Below, in pieces: positions 1 to 8,626 of a stretch of 24,000 nt of DNA; the first letter of the stretch is position 1, and each line of letters opens with the position of its first letter. Source of the stretch: Enterococcus phage Riverwalk; sequence record PV544179.1. One strand, written 5' to 3'. A program made the position numbers and the translations under genes. The notes beneath the pieces are model-generated. The model searched no databases, was not told the origin of the DNA, and was given only the letters and a program-made list of their open reading frames with translations.

Positions 1-149
1 TACTCATCATCTAAGAATGCACAGTATCCAGTTGAGTAGAGGGTTACACAGTCCTTATGATACATCGAATCGTCCGTTAACCGCACAACCTCGTCCATCT
101 CACTGAACACTTCATTACACGCCCCGCATGATATTAACTCCTTACTCAT
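1..149 (-). CDS. Partial small Cys-containing protein (MSKELISCGACNEVFSEMDEVVRLTDDSMYHKDC...), runs off the window
   Basis: Manual translation from ATG complement at 147-149, open to base 1; start overlaps the stop of the next gene; CxxC...HxxxC pattern. Confidence 0.6.
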   Translation of the reverse strand, partial: MSKELISCGACNEVFSEMDEVVRLTDDSMYHKDCVTLYSTGYCAFLDDE

Positions 150-577
150 AGGTTACCTCCTTTATCTATTACGTAGTCTACCAGTTCTCTAATAACCTCC
201 GCCTCCTCTACACTAGAGAGGTCTGCCCAAACTTGAAGTGTCGCATCGTTAGCCTTACCAGATATTAAATTGTGTAAGCTATCTGCAATAGTTAGCTTTG
301 TACGTTCAAGATAGTGAATTAGCCAGACTAATACAATTAGCTGTTTCTCAGTTAGCTCAGTAGTAGTCTCTGTGTAAACCTCATAGTTATCTAAGGTTAA
401 TGGGAAGGTGTCTTCATTATTAATTACTTGAAACCCATTATTTGGTTCTCGTTCATACTCTCCATGGGTCAGTCTCTTACCTATTTTTAGTTTTACATAG
501 ATGTCTCTACCTTCTTTGTGTAGTTTGTCTAGGTCACTATTGTACCACTCTCTTGTTTCAATTTTAGTAAATCCCAT
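146..577 (-). CDS. Hypothetical protein (143 aa)
   Basis: ORF track; packed in a minus-strand operon. Confidence 0.75.
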   Translation of the reverse strand: MGFTKIETREWYNSDLDKLHKEGRDIYVKLKIGKRLTHGEYEREPNNGFQVINNEDTFPLTLDNYEVYTETTTELTEKQLIVLVWLIHYLERTKLTIADSLHNLISGKANDATLQVWADLSSVEEAEVIRELVDYVIDKGGNL

Positions 578-580
578 AAA

Positions 581-733
581 CTAGCCCTCCTTGCTTAGCT
601 CCTTAATTCGTTTCTTGATATTTGCTTCTGTCTTCTCAAGTTGTCTCATTTTGTTAGCATGACGAGACATCTCATGCTCTTTTGCAGTCACTGCCATCGC
701 TAATAGGTTCTCTAAACTTGCTTTATTTGCCAT
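581..733 (-). CDS. Small hypothetical coiled-coil-like protein (50 aa, MANKASLENLLAMAVTAKEHEMSRHANKMRQLEKTEANIKKRIKELSKEG)
   Basis: Manual translation; ATG overlaps the TAA of the thymidylate synthase ORF (TAATG); below the ORF-track size cut-off. Confidence 0.6.
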   Translation of the reverse strand: MANKASLENLLAMAVTAKEHEMSRHANKMRQLEKTEANIKKRIKELSKEG

Positions 734-1680
734 TAAATTGCCACCTCATAGTTAAATTTTCCATTGTGTTTATAATTTACTACAGAAATATCTGATAATG
801 GGGAATCAAAGAAGTTCGTCCCCTTCTTCCATGGTAGGACAAGCTTTGGAACCTCTTCTGGAATTGGTGCGTTTACCTGTTTCTCTACTAGCTCTAAATG
901 TCGTTCGTAAATGTGTGCGTTATCACTCGTCCAATATAAGTTACCTAACTCTAACCCTACAGTATTTGCCATAACCAATTGTAATGCATGATACTGAATA
1001 ATATTAAATGGAAGTCCTAAGCAAACATCCGAAGACCGAGCCTTCACATGTAAGTTTAATTTGCCCTCTACAACTGTCCAGTGGGTTGTCCATACACATG
1101 GTTCTAATGACATATCATATAAATCTTCCACGTTCCATAAAGTAGTCATAATTCTACGAGAGTTTGGTGTGCTCTTAAGTTGTTCAATAACTGCCTCTAC
1201 CTGATTTAGCTTTAGGTATGGTTGATGTGTTCCTGCTATCCAACCGCCTTTTTTAGGTACTACTTTTGGGATGAGTGAGCCCGCTTTGCGATTTTTAGCT
1301 AACTCAACATCTCCGCTATAAACAGGAATAAAACGTTCTTTGTTAAATAATGCGTAACCATACGCTTTTCCAATAGTGCCATCTTCTTGCTCCCATTCGT
1401 CCCAAATAGTTACACCTCGTTCTTTTAACCACGAAACCTCGTTAGACATTTCTTGCCAAATCCACTGCAATTCTGTTAGCGCCCATTTAATACCTACATG
1501 CTTACTACGTAATAAAGGAGCTCCCATATCTGGTGTAATTGTAAAGTTTACACCTTCAATAAACTTAGTTGTTGCAGGAGTCCCATCAGCATATACTGCA
1601 CGAGTCCCTTCTGGTAATTCTGTTACTCCGTTCTTAATAATATCCATTACTAAATCTTTATAAATTTTATCAAAATCCAT
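733..1680 (-). CDS. thyA: Thymidylate synthase (Bacillus/phi3T ThyA-like type)
   Basis: 315 aa; motifs GVTIWDEWEQEDGTIGKAYGY, SRRIMTTLWN, EPCVWTTHW with catalytic Cys, RSSDVCLGLPFN, NAHIY. Confidence 0.93.
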   Translation of the reverse strand: MDFDKIYKDLVMDIIKNGVTELPEGTRAVYADGTPATTKFIEGVNFTITPDMGAPLLRSKHVGIKWALTELQWIWQEMSNEVSWLKERGVTIWDEWEQEDGTIGKAYGYALFNKERFIPVYSGDVELAKNRKAGSLIPKVVPKKGGWIAGTHQPYLKLNQVEAVIEQLKSTPNSRRIMTTLWNVEDLYDMSLEPCVWTTHWTVVEGKLNLHVKARSSDVCLGLPFNIIQYHALQLVMANTVGLELGNLYWTSDNAHIYERHLELVEKQVNAPIPEEVPKLVLPWKKGTNFFDSPLSDISVVNYKHNGKFNYEVAI

Positions 1681-1729
1681 GTTGTATCCTCCCGTATCTC
1701 TTTCCTATTTAGCTTGTTTTTTTGTGTAG

Positions 1730-2116
1730 CTATACCCACCAGTTAGGTTCTTTGATAACTTGCCATGCTCTTTTTAGCTGTTCTTCATTGAAATGTCCAA
1801 AATGACAATCTTCTTTAGGGATGCCAAGTTTATAAGCTAGTACACTGTATAGCTCCCCTCTGCTAATCTGCTTAGACTGCCATATGGGGTCAAATAAGTC
1901 ATGACATAATTTTTTCCATCGTTTCATAGGTGGTGTAGCTAAAATACCTAATGGTTCTTTTGGTCTATTTTTGTGAGTCCCTACACTAGCACCACAACCT
2001 GTACAGTAATAGCATTTACCATTACCATATGTCCTACCATATAACACTTCATTACTTGTCCAAATAACTTTTTCTCCACAGTAAGTGCAGTTATCGGGTA
2101 CTAACAATTTATTCAT
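1730..2116 (-). CDS. Zinc-finger-containing protein (DUF3268-like)
   Basis: 128 aa with CTYCGEK...CYYCTGCGASVGTH Cys pairs. Confidence 0.65.
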   Translation of the reverse strand: MNKLLVPDNCTYCGEKVIWTSNEVLYGRTYGNGKCYYCTGCGASVGTHKNRPKEPLGILATPPMKRWKKLCHDLFDPIWQSKQISRGELYSVLAYKLGIPKEDCHFGHFNEEQLKRAWQVIKEPNWWV

Positions 2117-2140
2117 TAGTTATTCACCTCTCATAAGTAT

Positions 2141-2169
2141 AGTATATTACAATAGTGTCACTAAGTCAA
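2141..2169 (-). promoter_or_regulatory. Sigma70/SigA-like promoter upstream of 1730-2116 gene
   Basis: Minus strand TTGACT (2164-2169), 17-nt spacer, TATACT (2141-2146). Confidence 0.75.
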
Positions 2170-2179
2170 CACCTCTTTA

Positions 2180-2208
2180 CAAAAAAAAAGACAGCAAAGA
2201 TGCTGTCC
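2180..2208 (-). terminator. Rho-independent terminator after the band-7 gene
   Basis: Minus strand GACAGCATCTTTGCTGTC followed by T tract. Confidence 0.85.
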
Positions 2209-2356
2209 TAAAAATCTAACCAATTATCTTTATCGTAAGAGTCACTTGGAGACTTTTCTTTGTTTTTCTTAACGAAGTAGTATCCGATAGAGAAAGCTAC
2301 CCCTACAAGCAATACTACAATAAGAGCAATAAAGAATTTAGCAATGAAAAAACCCA

Positions 2357-3214
2357 TTACTTATCATTCCCCACAATTGCCTGTCCGTCACCTACGATTG
2401 TAGTTACCCAACCATGCTCTTTACGACCTTGTGCTTCTTCGTAACGAACTAGTTCATCCGTAACTGATTCTGCAATTTTTTTATTAGCCTCTGCTTGTGC
2501 ACTAGCTTTATCTTTAATAGCTTGCGCTTCTGCTTGAGCTTTCAAAGTAACTTTTGTAGCCTCAGTTTCTGCTTGTGTTTTTTGAGTTTTAGCATCTAAC
2601 TCAGCTTTTTTAGCTTCTTGTCCTGAGCGGATGATTGCATCAATTGATTTTTGTGTTTCTGGGTCAACGTCAGGCACACCTACCGTTACATTCTCAACCA
2701 AGAAACCTTTACTTTCAACTGAGTCAGAGAAACGAGCTAACACTTCCCCTTCGACCTCGGAAGACTTACCTGATAGAACATCTAATAAACTATACTTAGA
2801 ATAAACCTCTCTGGCAGTCTTTTGTAAACGAGATTTCAACCAACCTTTTTCAATGTCCTCAGATGTTACATTACCAAACTCTTTATACATTTTAGTTGCT
2901 TGCTTAGGGTCTACTTTGTAGTCGTACTTAATGTTAACTACAGTTTTCTTACCATCGGAAGTAGACACTGCAACATCTTTAGCTTGAATAGTCTGTAAAC
3001 GGATTGGATACTGGGTTACTTTATCAATACCTACCCACTTAACACCGGGTTGTAATGCTTCGGATTTAACACCCCCATTAGGTGAGAATCGTACACCGAC
3101 ATATCCATTGTCAATTCGTTCTAAGAAACGAAATGCACATATTGTTCCCCCAATCAATAGGATAACTGCAATAACTCCTGCTACAACCAACCGTTTAAAC
3201 GTATTTGTGCTCAT
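2357..3214 (-). CDS. SPFH/band-7 (prohibitin/stomatin-like) membrane protein
   Basis: 285 aa: N-terminal TM (VVAGVIAVILLIGGTICAF), GYVGVRFSPNG, long Ala/Glu/Lys helix near C-terminus (KAQAEAQAIKDKASAQAEANKKIAES). Confidence 0.85.
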   Translation of the reverse strand: MSTNTFKRLVVAGVIAVILLIGGTICAFRFLERIDNGYVGVRFSPNGGVKSEALQPGVKWVGIDKVTQYPIRLQTIQAKDVAVSTSDGKKTVVNIKYDYKVDPKQATKMYKEFGNVTSEDIEKGWLKSRLQKTAREVYSKYSLLDVLSGKSSEVEGEVLARFSDSVESKGFLVENVTVGVPDVDPETQKSIDAIIRSGQEAKKAELDAKTQKTQAETEATKVTLKAQAEAQAIKDKASAQAEANKKIAESVTDELVRYEEAQGRKEHGWVTTIVGDGQAIVGNDK

Positions 3215-3272
3215 AAAAAAAATAATTCCTCCAATATTTATTTTTTATTTGTAAGTTTCATCCTACAAAAAT

Positions 3273-3301
3273 AGTATATCAGTTTTTGTATGTGTAGTCA
3301 A
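3273..3301 (-). promoter_or_regulatory. Sigma70/SigA-like promoter for the band-7 gene
   Basis: Minus strand TTGACT, 17-nt spacer, TATACT. Confidence 0.75.
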
Positions 3302-3319
3302 CAATATATTTAAATTTTT

Positions 3320-3366
3320 TTTATTAAAAATATGAGGCACAAAAGAATGTAAAATATGCCTCATAT
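3320..3366 (-). terminator. Terminator of the nrd operon
   Basis: 10-bp stem ATATGAGGCA/TGCCTCATAT (3330-3339/3357-3366) followed by a T-rich tract on the minus strand. Confidence 0.75.
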
Positions 3367-3376
3367 CTATTAAATT

Positions 3377-4360
3377 CTATACTAAACTAGCTAGCTTGTC
3401 TAAAGCGTTATAGTCCGCATCGGTTACTGGTTCTACTTTACCTAATAAGTACCCATTACCTACCTGAGAGAAGAAGTCATGGTTACTAGTTGTTGTAGAG
3501 ATACCATTCATTACAATAGGGTTTACGTCTGCGCTTGTTGTTGGGAATAAAGGGTTCATCCCTAAGTTAGCTAGAGCTTTATTTAAATTGTACTCCAAAA
3601 ATGTATTAACATCTTTTGTCCAACCAATCTCACTATATAGTTCAGCAGTATACTGTGTTTCGTTCTCCCATAATTTAAATGCTAAATCAATTACCCATTG
3701 TTCCATTTCTTTTTGTTCAGTTTCTGGTAACTGGTTAAACCCTAACTGGTATTTATAGCCGATATAGGTTCCATGTACAGACTCGTCACGAATAATTAAT
3801 TTAATAATTTCGGCTGTATTAACCATTTTTGCCTCACCTAAATAGCGTAGTGGTGTGTAAAAACCTGAGTAAAATAGGAAGCTCTCCAACAGTACGGATG
3901 CACTCTTTTTCTGTAGTGGTGTACCGTTTCGATAAATATCGTTAATAATATTAGCTTTATATTGTAAACGTTTATTTGTAGCTACCCACTCAAAGATATT
4001 GTCAATCTCTGTAGGTGTATTAAATGTGCTAAAAATTGTTGAATAACTTTTAGCGTGTACTGCTTCCATAAAGGCTATGTTATTTAAAACAGCTTCTTCA
4101 TGTTGTGTTCTTACATCATCAAGTAGTGAGTGTACTCCCGATTCTGATTGAACTGTGTCTAATAATGTTAACCCACCAAACACTTTATTTATTAAATCTT
4201 GCTCCATATCAGATAGCTTTGCCCAATCATTAACATCGTTACCCACAGGGACACGTGTGTCCAACCAAAATTGCTCAGTAAGCTTTTTCCATGTGGCTTG
4301 GTCAATTACATCATCAATCTTATTCCAGTTAATTCCTTCATACTTTTCTTGCAAATTCAT
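3377..4360 (-). CDS. nrdF: Ribonucleotide reductase small subunit, class I (NrdF-like)
   Basis: 327 aa; metal ligands and radical Tyr recognisable (LLDTVQ, EEAVLNNIAFMEAVHAKSY, LLESFLFYSGFY, RDESVHGTY); adjacent to nrdE. Confidence 0.93.
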   Translation of the reverse strand: MNLQEKYEGINWNKIDDVIDQATWKKLTEQFWLDTRVPVGNDVNDWAKLSDMEQDLINKVFGGLTLLDTVQSESGVHSLLDDVRTQHEEAVLNNIAFMEAVHAKSYSTIFSTFNTPTEIDNIFEWVATNKRLQYKANIINDIYRNGTPLQKKSASVLLESFLFYSGFYTPLRYLGEAKMVNTAEIIKLIIRDESVHGTYIGYKYQLGFNQLPETEQKEMEQWVIDLAFKLWENETQYTAELYSEIGWTKDVNTFLEYNLNKALANLGMNPLFPTTSADVNPIVMNGISTTTSNHDFFSQVGNGYLLGKVEPVTDADYNALDKLASLV

Positions 4361-4372
4361 GTGTTCATCTCC

Positions 4373-6523
4373 TTAAATTGTACAACTTTCACACTCTGAA
4401 ACCCCTACTTCGCTTCCGTCTTCTTCGGTGAATGTTCTAACATAATAAATTGTTTTTATACCTTTTTTCCATGCATAATGTCTTAATAAAGTTAAGTCCC
4501 GAGTGGATGTAGCGCCACCCTCCACCTTCCAAGGATAAAGATTTTCTGGTAACTCTGAGCGCATAAACAATGTTAAACTCATACCTTGGTCAATATGTTT
4601 TTGTGCCGTTGCGTACACGTTGATTACGTCAATCATACTTGTGTTGTACGCTGACTTGTAATATGGAATTGTCTTCTCAGATAACCGGGGTGCAGGGTAA
4701 TAAGTTTTACCTGTTTTCCCATCTTGACGTTCTTCAATCATAGAGATAATTGGGTGCAATGAAGAAGTAGTCTCATTAACATAAGCAATACTACCATTTG
4801 GAGCCACAGCTAAACGGTTTTGATGATATAGACCACCTTCAATAATACTGTTTCTTAATGTTTCCCAATCTTTTACATTAGGTAGCACCACTCCATCGAA
4901 TATTTCCGCCACCTTACTAGAGATTTCCTGATTTAGTGTTGGTACATATTCATCAAAGTAAGAACCGTCTGCATATTTAGAGTTCTCAAAGTTATAGAAT
5001 GTTGTGCCACGCTCTTTAGCAATCTTATTACTTGCCACCAAAGTAGCATAGTTAATTAATTCAAACAGAGCATCCGTCATTTCAATAGATTCAGGTGAGC
5101 CATATTCTACTTGGTTACTTGCGAACCACGCATGTAGCCCCATTGCCCCTAAACCAATTGTATGGGCTTTATCATTACCATTCTTGATAGTAGGTACTGC
5201 TTTTATATTTGACACATCTGTAATATATGTTAGAGCTCTTACCATCGTCTCAATTGATGCCACTACATCATTAGATGTTTCTAACAAGTTAAGGATGTTA
5301 ATTGAACCTAAATTACAGCTAATGTCTGTACCTAACTCTTCATATACTTGTTCATCATTTAGCTTAGATGGTGTCTGTACCTGTAATATTTCACTGCATA
5401 AATTACTCATAATGATTTTGCCATCAATAGGATTGGCTTTATTTACAGTACTAACATTCATAATATATGGGTAACCTGACTCTTGTTGTAAACGGCTAAT
5501 TTCTTCTTCTAAATCTCGTGCATTCATTACCTTACTTCTGATATTCGGGTTCTGAATCATGTTATTGTATTCTGAATCAATGTCTACAAATGAGAATGGT
5601 ACACCGTATTCTTTAGCAACATCATATGGAGAAAATAAGTGAATTACATCCCCAGACTCAGCTAGCTCATAAAATTTATCGGGAACAACTACTCCCAAAG
5701 AAAGTGTTTTGATTTGCTTTGCGGATTCTGCATTTTCTTTCCTAGTTGATAAAAAGTCCATAATATCCGCATGGAAAACATTTAGATAGACTGCGCCTGC
5801 ACCTTGTCTTTGCCCTAACTGATTTGCGTACCGGAAACCGTCTTCTAGCATTTTCATAACAGGAACAACACCGCTACCTGCTCCCTCAATCCCCTTAATA
5901 GGGTCTCCAAGAGCTCTTAAATTACTTAGGTTAATACCAACTCCTCCGCCAAGTTTAGATAGTTGAAGTGCACTGTTCAATGTTCTACCAATTGAAGACA
6001 TTGAATCTTCTACTTGAATTAGGAAACAGCTGGCATACTCTCCTCTTCTAAGTCTACCTGCATTTAAAAAAGTAGGGGTTGCAGGTTGGTATCTACGGTT
6101 AATTAGCTCATCTGCAATCTTCATAGCAAGCTCTTCGTCACCATCACCCATTGTGAGTGCATTAAACGCTACTCTATCTTCATAACGCTCTAGGTATCGT
6201 TCCCCATCATCTGTTTTCATTGCGTATTGTTTGTAGAAACGGTAAGCCCCCATAAATGTGTCGAATCTGAACTTTTTACTATAGATGAACTTAAATAATT
6301 TTTTTATAAATTCCATTGAGTACTTGTCAGTAATCACTGTTTTATCGATGTACCCTTCTCTAATAAGGTAACTAATTTTCTCCTCTAAAGAGTAGAAAAA
6401 TACTGTGTTCTTGTTTACATGTTCTAAAAAGAATGCTCTAACAGCTTCTTTATCTTTGTCTAACTGAATTTTTCCATTATTAGGGATATTCAATTGGTTA
6501 TTAAGCTCAATATATGTGTTCAT
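4373..6523 (-). CDS. nrdE: Ribonucleotide reductase large subunit (NrdE-like)
   Basis: 716 aa; SNLCSEILQV, GLGAMGLHAW, CNLGSINI, MTLFMRSE...LYPWKVEGG, YYVRTF, C-terminal CESCTI. Confidence 0.95.
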   Translation of the reverse strand: MNTYIELNNQLNIPNNGKIQLDKDKEAVRAFFLEHVNKNTVFFYSLEEKISYLIREGYIDKTVITDKYSMEFIKKLFKFIYSKKFRFDTFMGAYRFYKQYAMKTDDGERYLERYEDRVAFNALTMGDGDEELAMKIADELINRRYQPATPTFLNAGRLRRGEYASCFLIQVEDSMSSIGRTLNSALQLSKLGGGVGINLSNLRALGDPIKGIEGAGSGVVPVMKMLEDGFRYANQLGQRQGAGAVYLNVFHADIMDFLSTRKENAESAKQIKTLSLGVVVPDKFYELAESGDVIHLFSPYDVAKEYGVPFSFVDIDSEYNNMIQNPNIRSKVMNARDLEEEISRLQQESGYPYIMNVSTVNKANPIDGKIIMSNLCSEILQVQTPSKLNDEQVYEELGTDISCNLGSINILNLLETSNDVVASIETMVRALTYITDVSNIKAVPTIKNGNDKAHTIGLGAMGLHAWFASNQVEYGSPESIEMTDALFELINYATLVASNKIAKERGTTFYNFENSKYADGSYFDEYVPTLNQEISSKVAEIFDGVVLPNVKDWETLRNSIIEGGLYHQNRLAVAPNGSIAYVNETTSSLHPIISMIEERQDGKTGKTYYPAPRLSEKTIPYYKSAYNTSMIDVINVYATAQKHIDQGMSLTLFMRSELPENLYPWKVEGGATSTRDLTLLRHYAWKKGIKTIYYVRTFTEEDGSEVGVSECESCTI

Positions 6524-6525
6524 AT

Positions 6526-6768
6526 CTACACCCCAAGTTCTTTTTCTAGTTTTTTAACCAAATCAGGTCTAACACCATTAAATGAGAAACCATCATCAGC
6601 TTCTACATATGGTAATGAAGACACTCCTTTTTCTTTTAGATAAGCTAAAGCTTGCTCATCATGAGAGATATTTTTCTCATCAAATGGGATATTCTTTCCA
6701 TTTAACATATTTTTTAAAAATAAACATTGACCACACATATCTTTTGAATATACTGTTACTTTTGTCAT
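6526..6768 (-). CDS. nrdH: Glutaredoxin/thioredoxin-like NrdH-type redoxin
   Basis: 80 aa; N-terminal VTVYSKDMCGQCLFLKNML with CxxC, SLPYVEADD; abuts nrdE. Confidence 0.85.
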   Translation of the reverse strand: MTKVTVYSKDMCGQCLFLKNMLNGKNIPFDEKNISHDEQALAYLKEKGVSSLPYVEADDGFSFNGVRPDLVKKLEKELGV

Positions 6769-6805
6769 TTACTACATTCTCCTAACTTTTTTATCGTATT
6801 TATTA

Positions 6806-6834
6806 ATTATACACTATTTTGCATTAATTGTCAA
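6806..6834 (-). promoter_or_regulatory. Consensus promoter for nrdHEF operon
   Basis: Minus strand TTGACA (6829-6834), 17-nt spacer, TATAAT (6806-6811). Confidence 0.88.
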
Positions 6835-6844
6835 AAATAAAGAA

Positions 6845-6886
6845 CCAAAAAAAACTAGAGACTACAAAAAATTAATTGTAGCCCCT
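6845..6886 (-). terminator. Terminator after 6897-7163 gene
   Basis: Minus strand GGGGCTACA...TGTAGTCTC stem-loop followed by T8 run. Confidence 0.65.
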
Positions 6887-6896
6887 TTTTAATAAG

Positions 6897-7163
6897 TTAC
6901 ACCTTGTCACCTAAGAAATCTTCTGATTCCTGCGATTTATTCGTAACTTTATCAAGTAGTAAAACAGAATAGTTTTTACCAGTTTCAACCTGCAACCTAT
7001 TAAACACTTTCTGATATTCTTCTGGTGTGTCTGTAACTTCTAATAAGTATTTTGCATTTAAAAATGATAGTAATTCAAGTAGCTCTGCCTTACTACCTGC
7101 CATTTGAACTACAACGTTACCTTCATCGTTCGTGTATGTTCCAATTTTATTTCTAGTAGCCAA
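6897..7163 (-). CDS. Hypothetical protein (88 aa)
   Basis: ORF track. Confidence 0.7.
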   Translation of the reverse strand: MATRNKIGTYTNDEGNVVVQMAGSKAELLELLSFLNAKYLLEVTDTPEEYQKVFNRLQVETGKNYSVLLLDKVTNKSQESEDFLGDKV

Positions 7164-7168
7164 ACAAA

Positions 7169-7474
7169 TCAGTCCTTCGTAAATTTAATGTATTTGTTAA
7201 CTGTATACACATTTTTAACTTTTTCCCAAACGTTAGGGTATACGTTCATCAATAACTTAGTATCTGCGCTAGCACGTTTGTACTCTGGCATTAATTTAAA
7301 TGTGCCCCCATCAATACTAATTTTAGATTCCCCTAACTCTTCCATATCAGAAATGATACTACTTTTTAGCTCATCAATCTCTTCTTTAATACTTTTTTGC
7401 AATTCATATAATTTCTTGTAAGAGCGTAAGTCCTTCTCTAGTAGCTCCTTTTTTTGTAAATCTGTCGTTTTCAT
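7169..7474 (-). CDS. Hypothetical coiled-coil protein (101 aa)
   Basis: ORF track; heptad-like Lys/Glu/Leu-rich N-terminus. Confidence 0.7.
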   Translation of the reverse strand: MKTTDLQKKELLEKDLRSYKKLYELQKSIKEEIDELKSSIISDMEELGESKISIDGGTFKLMPEYKRASADTKLLMNVYPNVWEKVKNVYTVNKYIKFTKD

Positions 7475-7507
7475 ACATATCTCTCCCTCTCTTATTTCTA
7501 TAATAAG

Positions 7508-7536
7508 ATTATAGCATGCCAGATATGTAAAGTCAA
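7508..7536 (-). promoter_or_regulatory. Strong promoter for 7169-7474 / 6897-7163
   Basis: Minus strand TTGACT, 17-nt spacer, TATAAT. Confidence 0.82.
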
Positions 7537-7564
7537 CACTTTTTTATACAAAAAGAATTGCCCA

Positions 7565-7795
7565 TTATAAAGGCAATTCTTGTCCGTTGTCTTCTTCAAA
7601 AAGAATCTCTACAGGTATATTATATAATTTAGCAAGTTTTACTCTGTTTTTAACACGAGGTTCTTTTATACCGTTTTCCCAATAAGAGATTGATGACCAG
7701 TGAACTCCTATCATATTGGCTAACTCTCGTAGAGATTCACCCCTAGCCTCTCTCACTCTTTTAAGGACTTTAGGTTTTGGTTCCTTTTCTCCCAT
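7565..7795 (-). CDS. XRE/Cro-CI-type helix-turn-helix regulator
   Basis: 76 aa: RGESLRELANMIGVHWSSISYWENGIKEPRVKNRVKLAKLYNIPVEILF. Confidence 0.9.
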   Translation of the reverse strand: MGEKEPKPKVLKRVREARGESLRELANMIGVHWSSISYWENGIKEPRVKNRVKLAKLYNIPVEILFEEDNGQELPL

Positions 7796-7814
7796 GACTG
7801 TCCCTCCTTATTCT

Positions 7815-7847
7815 TAAAAAATAAGAGCCTATCAGGTAGACAGGCTC
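7815..7847 (-). terminator. Terminator after 7859-8083 gene
   Basis: Minus strand GAGCCT...AGGCTC then TTATTTTTT. Confidence 0.75.
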
Positions 7848-7858
7848 AGCATCAGGAA

Positions 7859-8083
7859 CTATGCAAAAGCCCCGATATAAGTTACTTTACCATTACATTT
7901 ACGTGCAAAAGCTTCTAACTCTTTACGAGCACCTAAACGGTCAGGTTGCGAAGATTGAACAGTAATTTCTTTAGGTACCGTTACTTCACGTGTACGAATT
8001 TCAGTTTTACCATTTTTTAATTTCTTCTCATACTCCTCTGTACGAGTTGTTGTCGTAGAAATGATTCCATAAAATTTTTTCAT
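7859..8083 (-). CDS. Hypothetical basic protein (74 aa)
   Basis: ORF track. Confidence 0.65.
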   Translation of the reverse strand: MKKFYGIISTTTTRTEEYEKKLKNGKTEIRTREVTVPKEITVQSSQPDRLGARKELEAFARKCNGKVTYIGAFA

Positions 8084-8193
8084 ATTAATAGCTCCTTACT
8101 GTTTTTTTTAATAAATTATAATAGTGGTAATAGGTTTTTATGAGACTCCTACTCATTGTAATCCTTCCTTAATAGATACTTACAACTATACGT

Positions 8194-8478
8194 TTATAGA
8201 CCTCTCTCAAAAAGTCTCCGTAACGTCTTACCTTCATCATTTAAAACGTACACAGAATTTACAAAAGTTTTATACCCTTCTTTTTCAGTTCTGTACTCGT
8301 AAGGTGAATTTGGCACACGAGTGATTTCTTCATGTTTAGAGTTAAGTAATGAAAAAGCATTCTCTTGCTCTAAAAGAAACTGTACCCCATCAATTAATTC
8401 AATAAAAGGCTTAACAATAGGTTCCTCTGTACTGTCTTTACAATCGTATTTTCGTTCTCCTAAAATTTGTAGTATCAT
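8194..8478 (-). CDS. Hypothetical protein (94 aa)
   Basis: ORF track. Confidence 0.65.
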   Translation of the reverse strand: MILQILGERKYDCKDSTEEPIVKPFIELIDGVQFLLEQENAFSLLNSKHEEITRVPNSPYEYRTEKEGYKTFVNSVYVLNDEGKTLRRLFERGL

Positions 8479-8529
8479 GTCTATCTATCTCCTCTGTTTA
8501 AGTATTAATTTGTGAGTTTCCACCCACAA

Positions 8530-8601
8530 TGCTGATTGAGAGAGTCGAACTCCCATTCCCGGGTTACAAAACCGGAGTAATAGCCATTATACTAAATCAG
8601 C
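8530..8601 (-). tRNA. tRNA-Thr (anticodon TGT)
   Basis: Minus strand: 7-bp acceptor GCTGATT/AATCAGC, D-loop GTATAATGGCTATTAC, anticodon loop TTTGTAA, T-arm AGTTCGACT; one weak pair (T31/C39) in the anticodon stem. Confidence 0.8.
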
Positions 8602-8626
8602 GTAACCCCTCAATAGAGGGAGTTTC

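Noticed and set aside
1376-1663. Plus-strand ORF antisense to thymidylate synthase
   Set aside because: Complementary to a strongly conserved gene; no SD, no recognisable domain.
733-1680. Thymidylate synthase as a dUMP/dCMP hydroxymethylase for modified DNA
   Set aside because: The EPCVWTTHW and GLPFN motifs fit the ordinary Bacillus/phi3T ThyA type; nothing specific indicates base hypermodification.
4155-5474. Plus-strand ORFs 4155-4376 and 5184-5474 antisense to nrdF/nrdE
   Set aside because: Shadow ORFs opposite highly conserved RNR genes.
6582-7421. Plus-strand ORFs 6582-6785 and 7104-7421
   Set aside because: Antisense to nrdH and small early genes; composition explained by the coding strand.
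8124-8515. Plus-strand ORFs 8124-8324 and 8321-8515
   Set aside because: Opposite the better supported 8194-8478 minus gene.
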